Positions 26,393 to 35,898 of a stretch of DNA of 64,000 nucleotides are shown here, piece after piece. The notes under the pieces were generated by a model. The model was not told the DNA's origin. It was given only the letters and a program-made list of their open reading frames with translations, and made no database searches. Position 1 is the stretch's first letter. Each line of letters opens with the position of its first letter. The stretch comes from Candidatus Woesebacteria bacterium (GTDB lineage: Bacteria; Patescibacteriota; Microgenomatia; UBA8517): contig JAGVAE010000002.1 of the NCBI GenBank assembly GCA_020060565.1, positions 85,036-149,035 on the forward strand. The letters are read 5' to 3'. Position numbers and translations under genes: made by a program.

Positions 26393-28229
26393 CAATACAA
26401 AACCAATAGTCCAAGCACCAACCCAGCCATCTAGCCATCCAACCATTCAACCTTCACCTCAGTCTGAGGTAAAACCCAAGATTGTAAGTCCTGTGGCGGC
26501 TGTTGATGGGGGAGCTAGTGTAATTGATGTCATAGCTCCCCAAGCGATTGAGCAAGATTTTGATTATTTTAAAATTAATGATGTTTATTTCAGAACCATC
26601 TTTGTAGGGGGCTATCCAAGGTTTGTTGCTCCTGGTTGGTTGGAACCCGTTGTTAATTTTGACTCCTCCTTGGATATTTCTTTCTATGTTTATCCAGTTG
26701 ATGGAAAAACAGTACTTGATGATCTAAGACACAAGATTGCAGAGATGGAGGCGGAAATCTCAACAGACATAGAACGTGGAAGAATAGTGGATCCTTCCAC
26801 CCAAGCCAAGCTTGAAGATGCAAGGAGCCTTCAGGAACAACTAGTTAAAGGAATTGAAAGATTTTATGAGTTTAGTTTCTATATAACCATTCCCGCCAAC
26901 AATCTTGAGGAATTAAACCATGTTACAAAACAAATTGAATCTCAACTTGGATCTCTTTTAATTGTCAGTAAGCATGCACTTCTTGATCAGGAGTCGGGTT
27001 TTCTTTCAACTGCTCCTTTTGGAATGGATAGGTTAAATATTACAAGAAACATGGATACGACTTCTGTTGCTACAACTTTTCCTCTAACTTCAACCGAACT
27101 TTCCAGTGACCGCGGTGTTCTTTACGGAATAAACTCTCAAAATGAGTCTTTTATTATTTTTGATAGATTTTCTTTGGAGAATGCCAACATGACAATTTTT
27201 GCCACCTCTGGTGCAGGTAAATCTTATTTTGTAAAACTGGAGGCAGTTCGCTCCCTCATGATTGGAACTGAGGTAATAATAATTGATCCTGAAAGTGAAT
27301 ATAAACCATTAACACAAGCAGTTGGGGGCGAATATATTTCATTTTCTTTCAACTCTCCTGCCAAAATCAATCCTTTTGATTTGGCACAAATTAGAGAAGA
27401 AGGAGAAAACCAATTGGGTCAAAAGATTCTTTCCCTTCACTCTCTCATGAAAGTTATCATGGGTGCAATCACTCCCACCCAAGAAGCCCTTCTTGATCGC
27501 GCCCTTATCATGACCTATCGCAATAAAGGAATAACAATGGACCCAGATACACAGTCCAAAGAACCCCCACTAATGGAAGATCTTTATAAAACCCTAATTG
27601 GTATGGAGGTTCCTGATGCTTTAGACCTTGCTGCTCGGCTTGAGAAATTTGTAAGAGGGTCATTTGTGGGAATATTTGATAAACAAACAAATATAAATAT
27701 TAACAATCCTTTTACTGTTTTTTCTATTAAAGATTTACAGGACGCACTACGTCCCATCGCCATGTTTACAATTCTTGATTACATTTGGACAAGGGTTAAA
27801 AAAGACCTCAAGAAACGCATCTTAATCGCCGAAGAGGCCTGGCAAATGATGAAGTACCCCGATACCTCAGCCTTTTTGTGGAGTGTTGTTAAAAGGGCAC
27901 GTAAATATTATTTGGGCTTAACTACAATTACTCAGGATGTTGAAGACTTTTTAAGCCAGGATATTGGAAAAGCCATTGTTACAAATAGTTCCATGCAAGT
28001 ACTTCTTAAACAATCTCCTGCTGCAATTGATAAGATTGCGGAAGTTTTTTATTTGAGTCAGGGGGAAAAACAATTATTACTTGCTGCAAATGTTGGAGAG
28101 GGAATTTTCTTTGCAGGACCACACCATGCTCCAATTAGAGTTATTGCTAGTGAGGATGAAAATAAATTGATCACAACCAAACCACAAGAAATGATGATGA
28201 TAAATCCAAATGCATATGAGGCAAAATAA
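26385..28229 (+). CDS. VirB4/TraC-family T4SS ATPase (C-terminal ATPase part), GTG start.
   Basis: Walker A FATSGAGKSYFVK and Walker B RILIAEEAWQMM. The middle region DYFKINDVYFRTIFVGGYPRFVAPGWL is typical of VirB4. Confidence 0.8.
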   Translation: MDNNTKPIVQAPTQPSSHPTIQPSPQSEVKPKIVSPVAAVDGGASVIDVIAPQAIEQDFDYFKINDVYFRTIFVGGYPRFVAPGWLEPVVNFDSSLDISFYVYPVDGKTVLDDLRHKIAEMEAEISTDIERGRIVDPSTQAKLEDARSLQEQLVKGIERFYEFSFYITIPANNLEELNHVTKQIESQLGSLLIVSKHALLDQESGFLSTAPFGMDRLNITRNMDTTSVATTFPLTSTELSSDRGVLYGINSQNESFIIFDRFSLENANMTIFATSGAGKSYFVKLEAVRSLMIGTEVIIIDPESEYKPLTQAVGGEYISFSFNSPAKINPFDLAQIREEGENQLGQKILSLHSLMKVIMGAITPTQEALLDRALIMTYRNKGITMDPDTQSKEPPLMEDLYKTLIGMEVPDALDLAARLEKFVRGSFVGIFDKQTNININNPFTVFSIKDLQDALRPIAMFTILDYIWTRVKKDLKKRILIAEEAWQMMKYPDTSAFLWSVVKRARKYYLGLTTITQDVEDFLSQDIGKAIVTNSSMQVLLKQSPAAIDKIAEVFYLSQGEKQLLLAANVGEGIFFAGPHHAPIRVIASEDENKLITTKPQEMMMINPNAYEAK

Positions 28230-28231
28230 GT

Positions 28232-30973
28232 ATGGTAAAATATTATTCCCCACCAGAAACTCTTGAAACAGACCGTGACTCTTTAGAAAGCCTAATTAAA
28301 TCAACTGAATACGCTTTTAAGGGAGATTTGTTTGGTGGGAGCGAAACCAACCTTTCTCTTTCTCAACCTTTTACCTCTCCCGACGGTAAGTATCGCTGGC
28401 AAAGTGTAAAAGATTTCTTTATTTATATTACAGACTTAACAAAAACTGGAAACATTAAAGTGGCAAACGCTGTTCTTTACGACAATCTTGCCAAAGCGCC
28501 AAAATATGTTGAATTTAAAGGAGCTGAAAAATCCCCTGTTGACCAAACACTTCCACAAAAAGGAATTCTTGAACAGTTTGAAAAGGAGATGGAGACAAAA
28601 GAGGCCGGAAGGAAAAAGGTTGTTGAAGAATCTGATAGACAAGTCCGAGCAGCAATAGAAAAACAAAAAGAAGTATATAAAGCAACTATTCAGGAACAAA
28701 TAAAACAAGCAAAAGAGGCTGAAGTCAATCTTAAAGGTAAAAAGATATATGTAAAAGTTGAAGATCCTGATATTGAACAAGTACCTGAAGTTAAAAGCTT
28801 AAAAGAACAGGCAGAGGTAGATCCTAAAAAATTTATTGAGGATGCATCAAAAGAATTTGGTAAAAACCCAAACATTAAAGATTTATCTATTGATGAACAA
28901 ATGGCTGCAGCAAAACAAGCTTCTCTTACAAGCTACGAGGTATTGACTAACAATTCTCCACTCGTCCAAGCAGCTGTTATTAACAAAGTTGCCTCAGACC
29001 CTAATACTAAAAATTATTTAGAGAATGCCGCAGCCTCTCTAGTCAATCAAAAAATGTCCCAACTTGAGCTAAGTAAGGTGTTTTTTGATTCATCAAAAAT
29101 AGATGGACACAAAAATATCAACGATATCAATGTCGAGATTTCCTATACCCCAAAGCCTGGATTTAAAGAATACGACTTAAACGAACAGATAATTAGACCC
29201 CACCTTGAAAACTTGAACCATCAAAATCTTTTAGTTGACACTTTTAAAGATTTTAGTGAAGGGGAAATAAAATCGCGTATTTTACTAGGAATTGGTGGTC
29301 GAATAGAAGCTCATGTTGCAAAACTTCCTGCGGGGAGTCTAGTTGCCAAAGCATATAGGTCAGACGTGGTTCAACTAGGAATGTCTTCCATGGGTTTTGT
29401 TAGAGCTGTTCCTGTTGCTGCGGTTGAAGGATCTATTGTGGGAGAAGTTATTACCGCTTCTGGGTTAGGGAACGCTGCTTTGGTTGTTCAAGCTAAAACA
29501 GGTATAAATTTAGGTGTTAAGTTGGCTGCCAAAACTAGTGCAGAAACTGCAGTTAAGGTTGGTGTTGAAACCACTGTCAAAGCAGGCGTTTCAACTGCAG
29601 CAAAAACAGGGTTTAAAGGACTACTAGCAAAAATTGGAACTTCTCTTTTTGGAACAGCTGCTGGCGGACCGATAGGATTCATCGCTACTTGGATTGGCAC
29701 AGATGTTTTATTAAAACTTGTCGAAAAAATCCCTTGGGGAAAAATTAAAAAGTTTGGTGTAGCAATTGCCTCTTTTATTGTGGGCGTCCCAATGCTTGCA
29801 ATAGGACTTACAATGGCCAACGCTCCTTTGACACTTGGCGGTTTTGGTTTAACAGCTTTTGGTGCTGCTTCTGCAAAAGGACTTACATTAGCTGGAACTG
29901 TTGGTGGAGCATTTAAATTGTTTGGTGTGATTGGAACAGCAACCCTGGGAGCAATCGGGGGACCCATACTTTCTTTTTTGATTGGTTTTCCATTAGTTGT
30001 TGCCTTGATTTTGTTTATAATAAATTCTGGAGCCTATGTTGTTCCTGAATCCTCTTTGTCTTATTCAAAGGGACAAGATAATCCATATTTGTCTGTAACG
30101 AAAGAGGCAAACCCCGGAAAAATAAGTAATCCTTCAGGAAACCAACCTGTCTCATTTACTGTTTCAGTTACTGCCACCAAAACTACACTTACCAACGTAA
30201 AAATTGAATCTACATCTTGTAATGTAATCAAAAAAGATGGGTCGAATGTTGGGTGTCCTTTAGAGAATATTCAAGAATTACCTGCAGATTTAAAACTTTC
30301 GCCAGGAAACCCTTATGTTTTTGATTTTTCTGTGGATTTTGGATCAAACCTTTCAGATTCGTTAGTTTTTGATTCCATTAAGATTAGTGCAGACTCAGAC
30401 GAACAAAAAGGTATTACAACTTCGGGGTCAGAAACCGTCTGTGTGGGAGAGTGTCCAGTTGATTGTGTTAAAGTTGAAGACAACGCAATGCCCTGGCCAG
30501 GAAATCTGCGAGCAAATCTTGAAGCCGCCGTTGCCTCTCTTTCTGGAGGTCACCCTGGCTTTATAGCAAAAGTGTGTAGTAACAATAAAGAAGTAAACCT
30601 TTGTTATAATCCCCCACAAATAAGTGAGGGGTATTTTGCGTGGCATATACATACTGATAGCTGTGATGTTGTTTTTAATCAAAAAGGTCTACAAAGTGAA
30701 AAGGATGCTCTTTTCTTGGTAACTCACGAATTAACACACCATATCCAAAAAATAGTTGGTGGTAGTGTTCAGGAATATTTAGATTCAGGGGGTTTTAGGG
30801 AATTGGCAGGGGAGGGTTTTTGTACTTACAAAGACACTGCTAATGATGTTTACGAGTCCATGGCTGAAGCCTTAGGTCTTTATGCATCAATTCCTTCATG
30901 GGGAGGGTGTGCAGCCAACTACAGAACCAAGTATCCAAGAAATTATGTTTTTGCAGAAGGTTTTATGAAGTAA
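28232..30973 (+). CDS. Large protein with an N-terminal charged/coiled-coil region, a central Gly/Ala-rich membrane region and a C-terminal HExxH zincin-like domain.
   Basis: 913 aa. Glycine-zipper-like hydrophobic block from about residue 380 to 600. Near the C-terminus, LVTHELTHHIQK carries the HExxH motif, within a Cys-containing region (CVGECPVDC…). Confidence 0.45.
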   Translation: MVKYYSPPETLETDRDSLESLIKSTEYAFKGDLFGGSETNLSLSQPFTSPDGKYRWQSVKDFFIYITDLTKTGNIKVANAVLYDNLAKAPKYVEFKGAEKSPVDQTLPQKGILEQFEKEMETKEAGRKKVVEESDRQVRAAIEKQKEVYKATIQEQIKQAKEAEVNLKGKKIYVKVEDPDIEQVPEVKSLKEQAEVDPKKFIEDASKEFGKNPNIKDLSIDEQMAAAKQASLTSYEVLTNNSPLVQAAVINKVASDPNTKNYLENAAASLVNQKMSQLELSKVFFDSSKIDGHKNINDINVEISYTPKPGFKEYDLNEQIIRPHLENLNHQNLLVDTFKDFSEGEIKSRILLGIGGRIEAHVAKLPAGSLVAKAYRSDVVQLGMSSMGFVRAVPVAAVEGSIVGEVITASGLGNAALVVQAKTGINLGVKLAAKTSAETAVKVGVETTVKAGVSTAAKTGFKGLLAKIGTSLFGTAAGGPIGFIATWIGTDVLLKLVEKIPWGKIKKFGVAIASFIVGVPMLAIGLTMANAPLTLGGFGLTAFGAASAKGLTLAGTVGGAFKLFGVIGTATLGAIGGPILSFLIGFPLVVALILFIINSGAYVVPESSLSYSKGQDNPYLSVTKEANPGKISNPSGNQPVSFTVSVTATKTTLTNVKIESTSCNVIKKDGSNVGCPLENIQELPADLKLSPGNPYVFDFSVDFGSNLSDSLVFDSIKISADSDEQKGITTSGSETVCVGECPVDCVKVEDNAMPWPGNLRANLEAAVASLSGGHPGFIAKVCSNNKEVNLCYNPPQISEGYFAWHIHTDSCDVVFNQKGLQSEKDALFLVTHELTHHIQKIVGGSVQEYLDSGGFRELAGEGFCTYKDTANDVYESMAEALGLYASIPSWGGCAANYRTKYPRNYVFAEGFMK

Positions 30974-30983
30974 AATAAAATAT

Positions 30984-31568
30984 ATGGGAAAAGTTTTTAA
31001 TTTTATTAAAAAATATTGGGTTCTAATTTTGATAGCACTAATGCTTGTGTTGGTTATTATTGATAAATTTATTATTCCTGATAAAAAAGTCTCCCAAACT
31101 GTTTCAACCCCAAAATCAAACAGGGTTGCTGATTACAAATCAATTCAGCCTGGAAAAAGTAAGCTAGAAGAAATTAATAGTCTTTTAGGTTATCCAATTG
31201 AACAGAGTGAAAAGGATGGAAACATAATTGCCGAATACAGATCTTCAAGTAATTATAGAAATAATCTTGTGACTGTACAAAATGGAGTAGCTACTTTGAT
31301 TAAAGAAATTGTTACCGCAACCGACAATAAAAAATCTCAAGACATAATACAAGAATATGGCGAAGCTCCTTTTGTTCTCTATGACCAAAAACCTAGTTCA
31401 ACTTTCAATTTGTATGTTTATCCCACAAACGGAATCGCCTATCTTGGACATGAAGATGGAACCTTACTTGAAGTCTGGTATTTCCAACCAATTGATATTG
31501 ATTCGTTCATTTCAACCTGGGCAAAAGATTATTCTAAAGAAAAAACAACTGAGACCTTAAAATATTAG
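30984..31568 (+). CDS. Bitopic membrane protein; could be a VirB8-like component (speculative).
   Basis: N-terminal TM anchor (WVLILIALMLVLVII) plus a ~165-aa extracytoplasmic domain. It is the last gene of the locus. Confidence 0.3.
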   Translation: MGKVFNFIKKYWVLILIALMLVLVIIDKFIIPDKKVSQTVSTPKSNRVADYKSIQPGKSKLEEINSLLGYPIEQSEKDGNIIAEYRSSSNYRNNLVTVQNGVATLIKEIVTATDNKKSQDIIQEYGEAPFVLYDQKPSSTFNLYVYPTNGIAYLGHEDGTLLEVWYFQPIDIDSFISTWAKDYSKEKTTETLKY

Positions 31569-31574
31569 ATTCTT

Positions 31575-32690
31575 CTAGTTTTGAATTCTAACTGGCATTA
31601 TTAGATGGAGATAATCTGGATCTGTTGAATCTGTAAAAACACCAGCTTTATCCATTGTTGTAAATTCCATTTTTACCTCATCCCCCACTACTGAGTGAAG
31701 GAACTCTTCTAAAAATCTATAGTTAAATGAAATTTCAAAATCTTTTATTTCTCCTTCAATTTTTGCCTCAACTTGGGTTTCTTGACTTCCCGAGGAACTA
31801 CTTTCCGCAAGAACCTTTACTGAGTCTTTAGAAAGTTTCAATTTAACAATATTGGCTGCTTCTCTTGCAAAAATAGATGCGAGCTTAACCGCTCTTAAAA
31901 ATTCTTCTTTATCAAGTCTTACTGAAATTTGTGAGCTTTTTGGAATAATCTTTTCAAAATCAGGATATTCCCCTTCCAAAATTTTGGATGACAAAACAAC
32001 ATCCCCAAGTCCAAAAATAACCTGTTTTTCTTTTTCTTGTATTTCAAACTGAATTTCTGATATCTCATCTGTTGATCTCCCCAATTCCGAAAGGATTCCT
32101 TTGGGTATTACGATTTTTTGCAAACTTTTCTGGTTTTTTTGTGAATCTATTCTTATTTTCTTTTTTGATAACCTAAATCCATCAGTAGCAACTAAAAACA
32201 AATCGTTTTTATCTATTATTACAAGTACACCAGTAAGGATTGGTCTTGTTTCATCTGTACTTGTTGCAAAAATTACTTGAGAAAGTGATTCTACCAACTC
32301 TTTCTTTGGTAACACAAACGGATTAGTTAATATGTTTGGAATTTTTGGAAAATCCGAGGCATTCATTCCTAATACTTTTGATGTAAATCCTGAGGTTGAT
32401 ATTTTTAATTGTTCCTTTTCAGATTCCAATAAGACAGTTTCTTTGGAAAGATTGTTTACTAGGTCTGAAATTACTTTTGAAGGAATGCTTATTTCTCCTT
32501 CTTCTTCTATCTTTGCTCCAATCTGTGTAACCACTGATATTTCCAAATTTGTCGAAGATATCGTAAGTTTCGTTTTGGTTGCTTTTAAAAGAATGTTTCC
32601 AAGTATTGGGAGTTGAGATCTAACACTTACGAATCTGGAGGCTTGGGTAACTGCTTTTGCTAAGTTTTCTTGTAGTACGTTTAATTTCAT
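31575..32690 (-). CDS. dnaN: DNA polymerase III beta subunit (sliding clamp).
   Basis: 371 aa. MKLNVLQENLAKAV…LPILGNILL is typical of DnaN, and the gene is adjacent to dnaA. Confidence 0.9.
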   Translation of the reverse strand: MKLNVLQENLAKAVTQASRFVSVRSQLPILGNILLKATKTKLTISSTNLEISVVTQIGAKIEEEGEISIPSKVISDLVNNLSKETVLLESEKEQLKISTSGFTSKVLGMNASDFPKIPNILTNPFVLPKKELVESLSQVIFATSTDETRPILTGVLVIIDKNDLFLVATDGFRLSKKKIRIDSQKNQKSLQKIVIPKGILSELGRSTDEISEIQFEIQEKEKQVIFGLGDVVLSSKILEGEYPDFEKIIPKSSQISVRLDKEEFLRAVKLASIFAREAANIVKLKLSKDSVKVLAESSSSGSQETQVEAKIEGEIKDFEISFNYRFLEEFLHSVVGDEVKMEFTTMDKAGVFTDSTDPDYLHLIMPVRIQN

Positions 32691-32897
32691 TTTGACGGTT
32701 TTTTGGTTTGGTGTTTCATATTATATATTAAACAGTAGTACTAGTAGTAGTCAGTGTTGATAAGTTGATAAAAACTTAAGTTTAGAATTAAGATTCGGGA
32801 CATATTAGTGTTTACATTGAGCATAGTGAAATGTTGATAAAGTTGTGGATAATTCTGAGATACCTGTTGATAAGTTTGTACTTCTTATCTTTTATCC
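32691..32897. promoter_or_regulatory. Candidate oriC: a DnaA-box cluster plus an AT-rich unwinding region in the dnaA-dnaN spacer.
   Basis: Perfect TGTGGATAA at 32844..32852. Near-boxes TGTTGATAA at ~32755, 32833 and 32867, and TTATCCTCA at 32891. AT-rich ATATTATATATTAAA. Confidence 0.55.
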
Positions 32898-34271
32898 TCA
32901 TATCCCCAATTTGATCTTTGATATATCCTCACGAATATGCACATCTGTTGTGGCTAGTTCTGTAATCTTACCCACAGCGTGCATAACAGTAGTATGGTCG
33001 CGTCCTCCAACCAACCTTCCAACTTCTTCAAGAGGGATTCCTAAATGAGTTCTTAGTAAGTACATAAGAATTTGTCTGGGTCTAGCAACGGGTCTTGCCC
33101 GTGAATCTCCAAGAAGGGACCTCTTGCCTATTTGATAGTAACTTGAAACTGCCTCAACAACCTCTGAAGGGTCTTTTTTTACTATTTTTCCGTTTGTTTC
33201 GATTCCCTTTCCTAAAACTGACTCTATAAGTTCGTTGCTAATTTCTAAGTGTTTAAGTTTTATCTCAGTCATAAGTTTGATAAGTACACCCTCAATTTTT
33301 CTAGCAGAATCGATATTTCCTGCAATCATTTGAATGTGTTCCATTTCAAGAACAATTCCTTTCTCTTTTGCTTTAATTTGGGTAATTGCACACCTAAGTT
33401 CAAAGTCGGGAGGTGCAATGTCTACAATTAAACCTGCTTCAAAGCGGCTCCTAAGACGTTCTTCAAGGCGTGCAATTTCACTTGGTTGTCTATCACTTGT
33501 AAGAATTACTTGTCCCCCAGCGGCTGTTACAGTATTGAATGTATGGAAAAACTCTTCTTGTACAGCGTCTTTACCTGCAATGAACTGGATATCATCAATT
33601 AACAGAAGATCTAGTTTTCTATATTTATCCCTGAAGCTTTGTGTAGTTTTGTTTCTAATACCCTCAATAATATCGTTTGTAAAACTCTCTCCAGTACAGA
33701 GTAAAACTTTAAGGCTAGAGTTCTTTTTAAGAGCGGAGTTTCCCACTGCACCCATTAAATGGGTTTTACCTACCCCTACCCCGCCCCAAATAAAAAGTGG
33801 GTTGTATGCACTTCCTAAACTGTCAGACACCGCAAGGGCTGCGGCATGTGCCATTTGATTTGAACCCGATACTGCAAAGTTTTCAAAATTGAAATTAGGT
33901 CTTATTTTGGCTCTATTTAAAACTTCCAATAGATTCTCGTTTTTTTCATCCTTTTTACCTTCTGATTGGAAAAGGGGAGAAATATTTAATTCTTTTACCA
34001 CGCCCTTTTCTGGGTTCTCTTTGATTACAAATACAACATCACAAGGCTTACCAATTACTTTAGAAATCGAATCTTGTATTAAACCAAAATATCTTGATTC
34101 AATTGTACTTTTTACAAAAAGCGAAGAACAGCCTACCTCAACAAGCATTCTCTCCCCCATCTCTTGAGCCTTTGCTAAATGGGTTTGAGAAAACCAAGTA
34201 GAAAAAATTGCAGGAGAGACGGAAACCTTTACAATCTCTAATGTATCCTTCCAAGAAGATTTGTTATCCAT
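32898..34271 (-). CDS. dnaA: Chromosomal replication initiator DnaA.
   Basis: Walker A GGVGVGKTHLMGAVGN, AAA+ motifs and a C-terminal DNA-binding domain. Confidence 0.9.
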   Translation of the reverse strand: MDNKSSWKDTLEIVKVSVSPAIFSTWFSQTHLAKAQEMGERMLVEVGCSSLFVKSTIESRYFGLIQDSISKVIGKPCDVVFVIKENPEKGVVKELNISPLFQSEGKKDEKNENLLEVLNRAKIRPNFNFENFAVSGSNQMAHAAALAVSDSLGSAYNPLFIWGGVGVGKTHLMGAVGNSALKKNSSLKVLLCTGESFTNDIIEGIRNKTTQSFRDKYRKLDLLLIDDIQFIAGKDAVQEEFFHTFNTVTAAGGQVILTSDRQPSEIARLEERLRSRFEAGLIVDIAPPDFELRCAITQIKAKEKGIVLEMEHIQMIAGNIDSARKIEGVLIKLMTEIKLKHLEISNELIESVLGKGIETNGKIVKKDPSEVVEAVSSYYQIGKRSLLGDSRARPVARPRQILMYLLRTHLGIPLEEVGRLVGGRDHTTVMHAVGKITELATTDVHIREDISKIKLGI

Positions 34272-34301
34272 GGTAACTGTCTATTTACAAAGTTATCCAC
34301 A
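34264..34301. promoter_or_regulatory. DnaA boxes upstream of dnaA (autoregulation or oriC part).
   Basis: Perfect TTATCCACA at 34293..34301. TTATCCATG at 34264..34272 overlaps the dnaA start. Confidence 0.45.
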
Positions 34302-34338
34302 ATGAGTCAAGTGGCAATTTTTGTGATATAATCACTCC

Positions 34339-34479
34339 ATGAGTACAAAAAGAACTTATCAGCCAAGCAAAACCAAAAGAAGAAATACACACGGATTTTT
34401 ATCTAGAATGAAGTCTGCCGATGGTAGAAAAATTTTAAAAAGAAGAAGACTAAAAGGTAGAAAAAATTTAACCGTTTAA
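34339..34479 (+). CDS. rpmH: 50S ribosomal protein L34.
   Basis: [46 protein letters not shown]. Below the ORF-track size cutoff; found by manual translation. Confidence 0.85.
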   Translation: MSTKRTYQPSKTKRRNTHGFLSRMKSADGRKILKRRRLKGRKNLTV

Positions 34480-34491
34480 CTTCAATTAATA

Positions 34492-34836
34492 ATGTTGGCA
34501 AAAAAACATAGACTTACAGGTTCAGGTGATTTTGCAAAAGTCCAAAAAGAAGGAAACACCTTCCAGTCAACCAACTTTGGTGTAGCAATACTAGACAGAA
34601 AAGATGACAACCCTCCTAGGTTTGCTTTTGTGGTTTCTACAAAAATTGCTAAGGATGCCATTGATAGAAACACAATCAAACGCCACATGAGCGAAACCGT
34701 GAGGCTGCTAACTAATGAGGTTAAAAACGGACTCGATGTTGTTTTTCTTGCAAAAACCAGCATTATGAGAATTCCTGCAGATGGTATTGTTCGTGAGGTA
34801 AGAACTGCAGTTAGAGAGTGTGGTATTACGAAGTGA
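34492..34836 (+). CDS. rnpA: RNase P protein component.
   Basis: 114-aa basic protein in the conserved position rpmH-rnpA-yidD-yidC. Confidence 0.85.
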   Translation: MLAKKHRLTGSGDFAKVQKEGNTFQSTNFGVAILDRKDDNPPRFAFVVSTKIAKDAIDRNTIKRHMSETVRLLTNEVKNGLDVVFLAKTSIMRIPADGIVREVRTAVRECGITK

Positions 34837-35054
34837 AGACTCTTTTAACTTTTGTAATTAACCTTTATAAAAAGCTTTTCTCACCAATTCTTGAAGGGTT
34901 GTTTGGTAAGGCTTGCAGGTTTACACCGACCTGTAGTCAGTATACAATTGAAGCTCTGGAAAAATATGGGGCAACAAAAGGTTTGTTATTAGGAATCAAA
35001 AGATTCTTAAGATGTCACCCTTGGGGAAGCTCAGGATACGATCCTGTAAAATAA
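34818..35054 (+). CDS. yidD: Membrane protein insertion efficiency factor YidD.
   Basis: [23 protein letters not shown]…[12 protein letters not shown] is the YidD signature. A GTG at 34833 would be an alternative start. Confidence 0.8.
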   Translation: MWYYEVKTLLTFVINLYKKLFSPILEGLFGKACRFTPTCSQYTIEALEKYGATKGLLLGIKRFLRCHPWGSSGYDPVK

Positions 35055-35058
35055 TTAT

Positions 35059-35898
35059 ATGTTTCAATTTTTAGGACAAATATTTTCAACAATACTAACT
35101 CAGCCACTCGCAAATGGTCTTATTCTTTTTTATAACATCTTTGGTCATAATCTAGGAGTTGCCACAATTGTTTTTAGCGCTGTTTTGTTCTTAATAACAC
35201 GCCCTCTAAATAAACCTCAGATGGAATCGATGAAAAAAATTAAAGAAGTTCAACCTCTTGTAAACAAACTTAAAGCAAAATATGGGACAGATAAAATGGG
35301 TTTTTCTAAAGCCCAGGCCGAACTATATAAACAAAAAGGGATAAATCCAGGAGCGGGTTGTATTTTTCAGATACTACAACTAGTAATTTTGATTACCTTT
35401 TACCAAGTGTTTGCCAATTCTCTTTCAAATACAGCTGATTCGCTGGTTAAATTAAATGATTTACTCTACCAACCTTTAAAAATTGCAACCGATTCAACTC
35501 TTAATACAAGTTTTTGGTATTTAAACATTAGTAAACCCGACCTTATTCATATTCCGGGAATTTCTTTCGGGCTTCCTGGCCTTTTCTTGATTTTGGCAAC
35601 TATTTCTCAGTTTCTATCTATAAAAATTACAGCACCTTATATAAAACAGGAAGAAAAAGTTGTTAAAGCCACAAAGAGCGAGACCGATAACATGCAACTG
35701 GCAATGAGTTCTTCAATGATGTATACGATTCCCTTAATGACCCTTTATTTCGGATATCAATTTCCATCAGGTCTAGCACTTTATTGGTTGATATTCTCAC
35801 TAGGAACTGTTTGGCAGCAGGTATCAATTAATGGTTGGGGAGGTTTAACCCCTTTCTTAAAGAAATTTAATCTGTTAAAATCCGAAGCACAAAAATGA
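35059..35898 (+). CDS. yidC: Membrane protein insertase YidC/Oxa1 family.
   Basis: 279-aa polytopic protein in the conserved operon position. Short Gram-positive-type YidC. Confidence 0.8.
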   Translation: MFQFLGQIFSTILTQPLANGLILFYNIFGHNLGVATIVFSAVLFLITRPLNKPQMESMKKIKEVQPLVNKLKAKYGTDKMGFSKAQAELYKQKGINPGAGCIFQILQLVILITFYQVFANSLSNTADSLVKLNDLLYQPLKIATDSTLNTSFWYLNISKPDLIHIPGISFGLPGLFLILATISQFLSIKITAPYIKQEEKVVKATKSETDNMQLAMSSSMMYTIPLMTLYFGYQFPSGLALYWLIFSLGTVWQQVSINGWGGLTPFLKKFNLLKSEAQK

